A stretch of DNA of 64,000 bases from Acidimicrobiia bacterium (GTDB lineage Bacteria > Actinomycetota > Acidimicrobiia > Spongiisociales > SHLN01), in assembly GCA_041609995.1 (NCBI GenBank), contig JBFIPU010000005.1, positions 5,058 through 69,057 on the forward strand. The letters are read 5' to 3'. The first letter of the stretch is position 1; each line of letters starts with the position of its first letter. The notes under the pieces are model-generated. The model saw only the letters and a program-made list of their open reading frames with translations. It was not told the DNA's origin and did no database searches. The position numbers and the translations under genes were made by a program. Positions 36,988 to 44,956 of this stretch are shown one piece after another.

Positions 36988-39521
36988 GCGACCTGCGGAT
37001 CCGGGCTGCCCGATGGGGCGACCTCGAAGCCCGCGACTTCGGCGACGATCCGCTGGAGCTCGTATCGGGCGTGCTCGGGGTCGAGGTTGGGTCCGACCCG
37101 GATCGGTGGACGCTCGATGAAGTCGGTGATTGCAGCGGCCATGTCGTCGGCGATCTGGTCGAGCGAACCGGGCTCGATCAGGGCGATGCGGGACGCATCG
37201 GGCGCCGACTCTGCGATTGTCTGGGCACCTCCATTGGACAAGACGACGACCGGTGCCCCCCGCAGCATGGTCTCCGCCAGAGCCAGCCCGCCTTCTTCTC
37301 TCACGCCGGTGAACAAGACGGCGCCGGCGGTGGCGAAGAGCTCCTGCACATCGTCATATGGGATGAATCCTCGCTGGTCCACCCGATGTTCGATCCCCAG
37401 TCGCTTGATGAGACGCTCGACCGCCTTTCGCTCGGGACCGTCGCCCACCAGGATCAGCCGGATGTGATCCGGGGTTCGGGCCACGGCATGCAACGCGATG
37501 TGCACACCTTTGCGTGACTCGAAGTTGTTGGCGAACAGGACGAACGGTTCCCGTTTGATCGGCTTGCTTTGGCCGATTTCGGCGAACATCACGTGATTCA
37601 TGATGACGGCCCGTCGCCGCACGTCGGACGGCAGGCGTCGTAGCGTCGATCGGTTTTGGACGATCGGTACCGTGGCCCGCCGCCAGGTACGGCGGGTCGT
37701 CGGAAGCAGCGAGATCACTTTCACTGCGAGTAGCTCGAACACCTCCCAGAAGATGCCCCGGGGTCCCAATGCCGGCCACATACGGGCCGGTGTCGTGACA
37801 GCGCCTCCCACGGGTCCCCATACGGAGGGAATGGGGAGGGCGGTGGCCGCCGATGGAATCCAATACGCCGAGTAGGTGGCGTGGTACGCGACGTCGAAGG
37901 GGGTCTCTTCATGCAATCGTCTGGCGGCTTTGCGGGCGCGCGGCACCCAGGCCAGATAGGCGATGAAGTATCCCCACAGATGTGCCCGCGCCTTGTTGTT
38001 CGGTTCGTGCGGTACCAATCGAACCCATCGCGGTTCGGGCACTTCCACGTAGGTGACCGGATTGTCCGGGTGCTCTTCTTCCCACGCCCGGATCGCCGGG
38101 ATGTTGTCCGGGCTGACGAGACACGTGACCTCTGCCGATTCACCAAGCGTCTGAACGAGACCCCAGCCGGCGGCGTGCTCAGACCCACGGGCCGGCTCAC
38201 ACGCATAAGCGAATGCGATCACCCGCGGGGTACCTTCCCGCAGGCGTGTCGTGGGGTCGGCGTATACCCCGATCAAATCACTCCGGTATCCACGCCACCG
38301 GATCCACTGCAGTGCCATCAGGCTGAGCGGGAATGCGAAGGCACCCGTCCACATGGCGGATGCCCCGCCCACCAACCGGGCAAACGTTGCGCGCCACTCG
38401 ACCCGGGCGAGGGTCTCCTGGCGCCCGCCGCCGATCAGCTCGGACCGGGGTGATTCGAGCAGGCCCTGGAAGATGTTCGACAGCGATGTGACCGCCACCA
38501 GCCCGGCGACCACCCAGGCGCCATCGAGCTGGGAGATGTAGGTGAGCGGGTTGCCGGCCCACGGATGGCCCGCGACTGCAATATAGAGGACGCCGGAACC
38601 GACAATCGCGAGGGCGAAGGTCCGTGAGATGCGGCGGGCTGACCCGGTGTTGCCGGCCGAGGCAGATTCCATCGACCGGGGCGCGAGCACCGCTCTGAGG
38701 CCTTCTGCGAGCACAGCCAGCGGCCGGGCGGCCTGGCGGGCCGCCTCGGCGTAACCCGTCACGTCGGCTGAGGTGAGCACGGAGATCGTTCCCAGAACGG
38801 CGAAATCGCCGACGGCAAACAACAATTCGTGGGTCGACAGGTGCCGGCCGGAGCCGATGAGCTCCCGCGCATCGAGCTTCTCGTTGAACGGCTCAGGATG
38901 CAGTCCCCGCGCCATGATGAGGGCCAGGGGCAGTGAGATCGCGTTGGCGACGGCCAGCGAGCCGAACGGTATCCATACCGGCGAGATGGACGTGCTCTGA
39001 ATCACCAGCACTGCCACGACGATGGCGCCGAGCTGGATGCCCGACACGAGCGCCGCTCGCCACGAGGCATCCGACAGGTGCAGCACCCGCCGCACGTGGT
39101 CCTGAATCGGGGACAGGAAGGCGGCCACCACGCCGGCCAGGGCGAAGGCGACCAACAAGCTCGTGTCAGGCTGCTCGTCTGGCCGCCAGAAGAAGTTGAT
39201 CCACAAGATCGGAAGCAAGACGAGGGGTGCAGCCAAAGCCGAGGGCCCTGCTCCCAGCCTGAGAGACTGGGTCAATACCCCGGCACGTTGGCGGCGGGGG
39301 CTGGTCAGCGAGGCCACTTCGCACGGCACGAACATGAGCCATGTCGGGATGACGGTGGCGATCCGGAAGGCGCCGAAGAAGAGGGCCCAGGCGCCGGCTG
39401 CGCTCACGAAGTCCTTGCCGAGGCCGAGTGCGTAGAGGCCGATGACGAACGTGGCGAGAGATGCGAATCCCTGATCGATCAGACCAGCCGGGATGACTCT
39501 ACGAGACTCCTGCGACTTCAT
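36975..39521 (-). CDS. Fusion protein: polytopic Wzx/MOP-flippase-like membrane domain + GT4 (family 1) glycosyltransferase
   Basis: Continuous 848-codon frame. The N-terminal ~440 aa are multi-TM (Polysacc_synt-like). The C-terminal ~400 aa have 'RVIAFAYACEPARGSEHAAGWG' and the E-x7-E region 'REEGGLALAETM'. ATG 39521 overlaps the upstream stop (ATGA). Confidence 0.75.
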   Translation of the reverse strand: MKSQESRRVIPAGLIDQGFASLATFVIGLYALGLGKDFVSAAGAWALFFGAFRIATVIPTWLMFVPCEVASLTSPRRQRAGVLTQSLRLGAGPSALAAPLVLLPILWINFFWRPDEQPDTSLLVAFALAGVVAAFLSPIQDHVRRVLHLSDASWRAALVSGIQLGAIVVAVLVIQSTSISPVWIPFGSLAVANAISLPLALIMARGLHPEPFNEKLDARELIGSGRHLSTHELLFAVGDFAVLGTISVLTSADVTGYAEAARQAARPLAVLAEGLRAVLAPRSMESASAGNTGSARRISRTFALAIVGSGVLYIAVAGHPWAGNPLTYISQLDGAWVVAGLVAVTSLSNIFQGLLESPRSELIGGGRQETLARVEWRATFARLVGGASAMWTGAFAFPLSLMALQWIRWRGYRSDLIGVYADPTTRLREGTPRVIAFAYACEPARGSEHAAGWGLVQTLGESAEVTCLVSPDNIPAIRAWEEEHPDNPVTYVEVPEPRWVRLVPHEPNNKARAHLWGYFIAYLAWVPRARKAARRLHEETPFDVAYHATYSAYWIPSAATALPIPSVWGPVGGAVTTPARMWPALGPRGIFWEVFELLAVKVISLLPTTRRTWRRATVPIVQNRSTLRRLPSDVRRRAVIMNHVMFAEIGQSKPIKREPFVLFANNFESRKGVHIALHAVARTPDHIRLILVGDGPERKAVERLIKRLGIEHRVDQRGFIPYDDVQELFATAGAVLFTGVREEGGLALAETMLRGAPVVVLSNGGAQTIAESAPDASRIALIEPGSLDQIADDMAAAITDFIERPPIRVGPNLDPEHARYELQRIVAEVAGFEVAPSGSPDPQVAYVS

Positions 39522-40990
39522 CGGGTGGTACCCACGTATCTGAGGGTGGGCCTGCTGGCGGTCGTGGGGGAGGACATTCCCAGATATGCGCCGATCCCGA
39601 AGATGCTCCAGAGCCAGATGCCGACCTGCGGGCCTTCGACGGTCGGATCGAAGAAGGCGTTGATGAGAATCGCCAGTGCCGCCAGGGCCAGCCACAGGGC
39701 CTGCATCGACTTCTCGTGCTCCTCGGTGTCCCGGAAGGTCGACCACACTTTGTACATGCGACGGAACCAGGTGGACCAGAGCGCAATCCACAGTGCGGCT
39801 CCCACCAGACCCATGCGGGCCAGCACACCGAGATGTGAGTTGTGGGGGTTGCGAAGCCTGAGCTCGCGATCGATGGGCCCGCCTTCATAGCGGTACCGAT
39901 CGGCCAGGTTCAGTCCGAATCCGAAACCGGAGACTGCCCGCTCGGGCTCGAGCAGGTCGTCGAGCACGTTTGTCCAGAGGACCGTCCTCCACGTGGCGGT
40001 GTTCGTCACCTCGTCGACCCCCTGTCCTTCCTCGGCAAAGCCGGTGGTGAAGAGGCTGGCGATGTTGCCGGCGAACTGCCGGGCGGACAACTCTCGCCGT
40101 TCGAGGTCGAACCTGACGTCGAGGGCAACGGCGACCAGGAAGACGACGAGCAAGCCGGAGGCCCCGACCAGCATGATCCTGCGACTCGACCGTTCCAGCA
40201 CAAAGGCAATCGCCAGCACCACGGCGGCCGCGATGAGCCCACCCCGCGTCTGGGTGCCGACGGCGATCAAGAGAATGAACGCCGGGACGGAAAAGACCAG
40301 GATTCTGCGCCGGGCCGTTGCGGATGCCCGCGGCCACACGATCAGTGCCAGGAACAGGATTGCCATCCCGCCTTGAACGGCGATGTTTCCGACCTTGTGG
40401 TAGGTGATTGCCACGTCCGAATCCGGTATTCGAATGGGCCATTCGCGATTCGCCATCGCCAGCCGCACAAAGGCCCAGACCAACCAGACGGGGATGGCCT
40501 TCGTGTAGAGAGCGGTCAAGCGCTCCATCAGGTTCGGCCGGGTGAGCATCAGTGTCCCGACGATGAGAGCAAACAGGCCGTAATACCAGAGGGCGGCGTC
40601 CCGGACTGCATCGATTCCCCAGCGAGGGAAGCCTTGCAGCGTGAACGCCAGGCCCCAAAGCATGAAGAGCACGAGGATCTGGATGGATCGATTGCGTCGG
40701 ATGAAGATCGCGAAATTCGGTGACCAGATGGCGGTGAGAAGACCGATCCCGAGCACGGCCTCTCCGACGAAAAGGGGCGTACCGGGCACGTGGAGCCAGG
40801 CAAAGGTCCTGTCGAGGAAGAGGTACCCGCCGAGCAGGAGGATGACCGACGTGATGAAGGGGTCGGTGATACGTTCCATCCACTTGGTCGACTCCGAAGG
40901 TCGCACGCGGAGACGTCGGAGCCGACCGCGGCTGGCCTCCGGCAGGTGCCAGGTCTGACCGGAAAAGTCCTCTTCGGCGGTGGTGGTCAT
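39518..40990 (-). CDS. O-antigen ligase/polymerase-like (Wzy_C family) membrane protein, paralog A
   Basis: ~11 TM with 'TQTRGGLIAAAVV' and 'RLRNPHNSHLGVLARMGLVGAALW' motifs. ATG 40990 was chosen (the listed 41314 runs into the upstream paralog). Confidence 0.8.
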   Translation of the reverse strand: MTTTAEEDFSGQTWHLPEASRGRLRRLRVRPSESTKWMERITDPFITSVILLLGGYLFLDRTFAWLHVPGTPLFVGEAVLGIGLLTAIWSPNFAIFIRRNRSIQILVLFMLWGLAFTLQGFPRWGIDAVRDAALWYYGLFALIVGTLMLTRPNLMERLTALYTKAIPVWLVWAFVRLAMANREWPIRIPDSDVAITYHKVGNIAVQGGMAILFLALIVWPRASATARRRILVFSVPAFILLIAVGTQTRGGLIAAAVVLAIAFVLERSSRRIMLVGASGLLVVFLVAVALDVRFDLERRELSARQFAGNIASLFTTGFAEEGQGVDEVTNTATWRTVLWTNVLDDLLEPERAVSGFGFGLNLADRYRYEGGPIDRELRLRNPHNSHLGVLARMGLVGAALWIALWSTWFRRMYKVWSTFRDTEEHEKSMQALWLALAALAILINAFFDPTVEGPQVGIWLWSIFGIGAYLGMSSPTTASRPTLRYVGTTR

Positions 40991-41022
40991 GGTGTTGCTA
41001 TCGGCATGATCGGGGCTCCCGC

Positions 41023-42525
41023 TTAGGAGCTGCTCACGAGTCTTCGCCGGCCCTCGGCCCGTGCGAGCGTTCTGCGCCACCGTTCGCGGTGTCCCTCGAA
41101 AGCGAGCGCCGATCCGAGGCCGAAGATGAACCAGAGCCAGATAGCGACCTGAGGACCCTCCAGGGTGGGGTCGAAGAAGGCGTTGATGAGAATGGCGATC
41201 ACGCTGAGCTGGGCCCAGAGGATGATGCGTGCCTTTTGAGCCTTTTCCGACAGGAGGAGGTTCTGACGCGCCTTGGACAGCGCACGGAACCAGACAATGA
41301 ACAACAGGACCCACAGCACCGCTCCCGTCACCCCCATGCGCGCCAGCACACTCAAATGCGAGTTGTGCGGGTTGCGTAGCCGGAGCTCCTCGGCGACCCG
41401 CGTATCGGCCTTGTCGTAACGCTCCGCCAGGCTTTCACCGAAACCGAATCCCGAGAGGCCCCGCTCGAAGCCGACCACGTCGGACCACACGTCTCCCCAC
41501 AGCTCCAGCCTCCAGTTGGCGGTTTGGGCGTTCTCGTTGTCACTCGGCGTGACGGCGCCACCGACGTTGCCCTCTTCCCCACCGGCGACGATGGAGAAGA
41601 TGTTTCCGGCGAATTGCTGTACCGATACCTCCCGCCGGTCGAGATCGAACCGGATATCGAAGCTCACCGCCAGGATGCCGAGAATCAGGGTCACGGCCGT
41701 GGCAGCCACCATGGTCGGGCGGGTGGCCTTCGACATTCCCCACAAGAAGATGAACGCAATGGCTCCTGCCAGCAGGCCGCCGCGGGTCTGGGTGCCGGCC
41801 ACGATGAACATCAGGAGTCCGCTCATGCTGAGCACACCCCAGGCGAGCTTGTGAGATCTCTTCCTCAGGCGGGGCCAGATGAGGAGGCCGACGAAGATCA
41901 AGCCCATGGCGGCCTGGACGGCGATATTGCCGGTCTTGTGCGACGTGATCGGCACGAACGAATCGGGTACCAATGGGAATCCTGACTCGATCTTCTGGGC
42001 CTCGTCTCCCTGCATCATCAGTCTCACCCAGCCGAAGGTGAAAAAGACCACGAGCAGCCGGGTGTAGAGGACGATCAAGCGCTCTTCCATGTCCGGCCGC
42101 GCCAGGAGGATCACGCCGCCGATGACGGCGAAGGCGGCGTAGTAGAACAGAGCGGCGTCGCGAACAGCGTCGAGTTGCGCCGACGGAAGCCCGATCGCCA
42201 TGAGCAATAGGCCCCACGCCACGAACACCCCCAACGCCTGCATGGGGCGGCTGAGCTGGAACAGGCGCAGCACGTGCCGGCTCATGAGCACGATGGTGAG
42301 AACGATCACCATGACGATTTCACCCACGAAGAGCGGGGTGCCCGGCACGTGGATCCAGGCGAACGCCCGGTCCCCCAACAGATAGCCGGCGAGGAGGAAC
42401 ATGATGACGTAGAACGCCATCTCGACGTCGCGTTTGCGGCTTTTTTCGCGTGCCAGGGCCGTGGCCGCCTGGCTCAGCTGATGTCCGCCCGGATCGAGGT
42501 CGATCGCTTCGGTGTCAGTCGTCAT
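41023..42525 (-). CDS. O-antigen ligase/polymerase-like (Wzy_C family) membrane protein, paralog B
   Basis: Collinear with paralog A: 'DRAFAWIHVPGTPLFVGE', 'TQTRGGLLAGAIA', 'RLRNPHNSHLSVLARMGVTGAVLW'. Confidence 0.8.
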   Translation of the reverse strand: MTTDTEAIDLDPGGHQLSQAATALAREKSRKRDVEMAFYVIMFLLAGYLLGDRAFAWIHVPGTPLFVGEIVMVIVLTIVLMSRHVLRLFQLSRPMQALGVFVAWGLLLMAIGLPSAQLDAVRDAALFYYAAFAVIGGVILLARPDMEERLIVLYTRLLVVFFTFGWVRLMMQGDEAQKIESGFPLVPDSFVPITSHKTGNIAVQAAMGLIFVGLLIWPRLRKRSHKLAWGVLSMSGLLMFIVAGTQTRGGLLAGAIAFIFLWGMSKATRPTMVAATAVTLILGILAVSFDIRFDLDRREVSVQQFAGNIFSIVAGGEEGNVGGAVTPSDNENAQTANWRLELWGDVWSDVVGFERGLSGFGFGESLAERYDKADTRVAEELRLRNPHNSHLSVLARMGVTGAVLWVLLFIVWFRALSKARQNLLLSEKAQKARIILWAQLSVIAILINAFFDPTLEGPQVAIWLWFIFGLGSALAFEGHRERWRRTLARAEGRRRLVSSS

Positions 42526-42633
42526 CGTGTCGCCCGTTCGAGTTTTGCGTAGACCTGGGTTGTCGTGCCCGCCGGCGGAAAGGCGTTCTCAGTGTACCGA
42601 CGCCGGGTTGACCGGATTCTCGCCATGGCACGC

Positions 42634-43407
42634 CTAGTTCGCCGAGCTCATTGTGTTTCGGATCGTGGGAGGGTTGCGCAGGATTCGAGCCACGAACCTC
42701 GGGTTGTTCTTGAGGTAGCGGCGCCACAGCCGCCGGGGCTCCTTGACCAGTCGGTAGAGCCACTCGAGCCCTCGATCCTGCATCCAACCCGGCGCCTGGG
42801 GGAGCTTGCCGGCGTGCATGTCGAAGGCCGCACCCACGCCCAGCAGACCGGCCGCCTCCAGGCGACCGCGATGTTCATCCATCCACCGCTCCTGCTTCGG
42901 GGTCGAGAGTCCTACCCAGACGAGGTCGGCGCCGGACCCGTTGATCATGTCGACGATCTTCTGTGACTCGTGCTCTGTCAGCGACCGGAACGGGGGTGAG
43001 TATGTGCCGACGATGTTCACACCCGGAAACCGTTCGCGCAGTTGCTCCGCCAACAGTCCGGGCACATCGGGGGCGCCCCCGTAATAGAAGTGCTTCCAAC
43101 CACGTTCGACTCCCAGCCGATGGATCTCGAGCATGAGGTCCGGACCGTAAACACGGGACATGTGGTCGGCCCCGGCTTTGTGCCCGGCCCACACCATCGG
43201 CATGCCGTCCGGGGTGGTCAAACCCGAGCGATTGTGAATCTCCTTGAGGATCGGGTCATCCTGCGATTCCATGACACCGTGCACGCCGGTCACGCAGACG
43301 TATTCCCGTTCGCCCTCTTCGATCCAGCGAGCGATTTCGGCTACCGCCATGTCCATGTTGATGGCCGAGACGCCGACCCCCAGGACGTCGATGCGATCGA
43401 TGGTCAC
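42634..43407 (-). CDS. WecG/TagA/CpsF-family (GT26) glycosyltransferase
   Basis: 'IDVLGVGVSAINMDMAV', 'TPDGMPMVWA', 'VGLSTPKQERWM', 'LEWLYRLVKEPRRLWRRY'. GTG 43407 lies 2 nt after the upstream stop. Confidence 0.9.
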   Translation of the reverse strand: MTIDRIDVLGVGVSAINMDMAVAEIARWIEEGEREYVCVTGVHGVMESQDDPILKEIHNRSGLTTPDGMPMVWAGHKAGADHMSRVYGPDLMLEIHRLGVERGWKHFYYGGAPDVPGLLAEQLRERFPGVNIVGTYSPPFRSLTEHESQKIVDMINGSGADLVWVGLSTPKQERWMDEHRGRLEAAGLLGVGAAFDMHAGKLPQAPGWMQDRGLEWLYRLVKEPRRLWRRYLKNNPRFVARILRNPPTIRNTMSSAN

Positions 43408-43409
43408 GA

Positions 43410-44372
43410 TCAGCTCTTGGCTGCCTGGACCTGCTTTTCGATCCAGCGATAGGTGCCCTGGAGGCCTTCCTCGAGCGGGATCTTCGGTTCCCAGCCCAGC
43501 TTTTCGCGCAGCAGCGAGTTGTCCGAGTTGCGCCCTCGAACCCCCTGGGGACCGTCGACGTGCTTCAGCGTGATGTTCTTCTTGCCGGAGATGTCGATGA
43601 CGATCTGGGCGAGTTCGTTGATCGTCACCATCCGATCGCGACCCAGGTTGAGGGGCTCCTGAACGTCGGACATCATCAACCGGTAAATCCCTTCGACACA
43701 ATCGTCCACGTGGCAGAAGGAGCGGGTCTGCTCGCCGTCGCCCCAGATCTCGATTTCACCCCCGTCTTCGACCTCGGCCACCTTACGGCACATCGCCGCC
43801 GGCGCCTTTTCGCGGCCGCCGGTCCACGTCCCATATGGTCCGTAGATGTTGTGAAAACGCACGATGCGGATGTCGAGCCCGTGGTCGAGCGCGTAGTACT
43901 GGCACGCGATCTCTGAGATGAGCTTCTCCCACCCGTAGGCGTCCTGCGGGTCCGCCGGATAGGCGTCGGATTCCTTCAGCGGCACCACATCGGCGTCCGT
44001 CTGGAGGTGCTCGGGATAGATGCAGGCCGAAGACGTATAGAGGTATCTGGCGGCCCCGTTCTTACGCGCCGACTCGGTCATCTGCAGGTTGATCAGGGCA
44101 TTGTTGTAGAGGATTTGTGAGTGGTTGGCGGAGATGAAACCCATGCCACCCATATCGGCCGCCAGCGAGTAGACGTGGTCGATGCCTTCCGTGGCCTTGT
44201 CGGTGTTTTCTTTCCAGCGCAGATCGAGAAGCTGAAACTCGTCGGCGTCGATGTCGGTGAACTCGGGTTCCTTGATGTCGACCCCTCGGACCCAATAGCC
44301 CTTTTCCTTCAGATACGTGACGAGGTGATGACCGATGAATCCGCCAGCGCCAGTGACCAGAACCCGTTCCAT
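43410..44372 (-). CDS. GDP-mannose 3,5-epimerase-like SDR
   Basis: 'VTGAGGFIGHHL' and long stretches near-identical to plant GME. These include 'LAADMGGMGFI', 'SSACIYPE', 'LKESDAYPADPQDAYGWEK', 'RFHNIYGPYGTWTGGREKAPAAMCRK', 'WGDGEQTRSF' and 'GPQGVRGRNSDNSLLREKLGWEP'. Confidence 0.85.
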   Translation of the reverse strand: MERVLVTGAGGFIGHHLVTYLKEKGYWVRGVDIKEPEFTDIDADEFQLLDLRWKENTDKATEGIDHVYSLAADMGGMGFISANHSQILYNNALINLQMTESARKNGAARYLYTSSACIYPEHLQTDADVVPLKESDAYPADPQDAYGWEKLISEIACQYYALDHGLDIRIVRFHNIYGPYGTWTGGREKAPAAMCRKVAEVEDGGEIEIWGDGEQTRSFCHVDDCVEGIYRLMMSDVQEPLNLGRDRMVTINELAQIVIDISGKKNITLKHVDGPQGVRGRNSDNSLLREKLGWEPKIPLEEGLQGTYRWIEKQVQAAKS

Positions 44373-44956
44373 GACTGCCTTTCGTATTGTCCCGTAACCC
44401 GTGAGGGAGTACACGACGTGCAGTCCGCGCTGCACTCGATTAGTTACCCCGCCAACACACCACCACGGTCCCGATATCGAGCGTATGGCGGCCTTACCGA
44501 GGAAATTGTAACTTCGGCAGGCGGTTCCGTCAGGGCCTACAGCTAGTTCTTTCGACCCAAAAGCAGAGCCCCTTGAGGGACTCTGGATCTGGCAGCCTCG
44601 GACGAACCGCGTCGGGATGACCTTCTGAAACCGGCGGCCACCGAGGTGGCTACACCCGGCGCACGGCCGATCTTCTTCCCGCCCGGCCCTCCAGGCGCAG
44701 TCCACGGTAGCCCCAGCGGCCACTGGTCGTCTGGTCACTGTTCTCGGTCGCGGACTGATCGCCGTTCGCAACGATGTGCCATACCCCGTCCACCTTTCGG
44801 ACCCCGGGGACGGCGTGGTTTGGCGGTTTTCCAGGTTCTGACAAGCTGGGGACACGCGGAGTGGGGACCTTCGCCACGGATTCAAGTTTTTGTTCGATCG
44901 GGTCGTAGAGCACCTTCTGTGGTCGTTTCGACTACTGGCCGCAGGCGGAGTGATTG

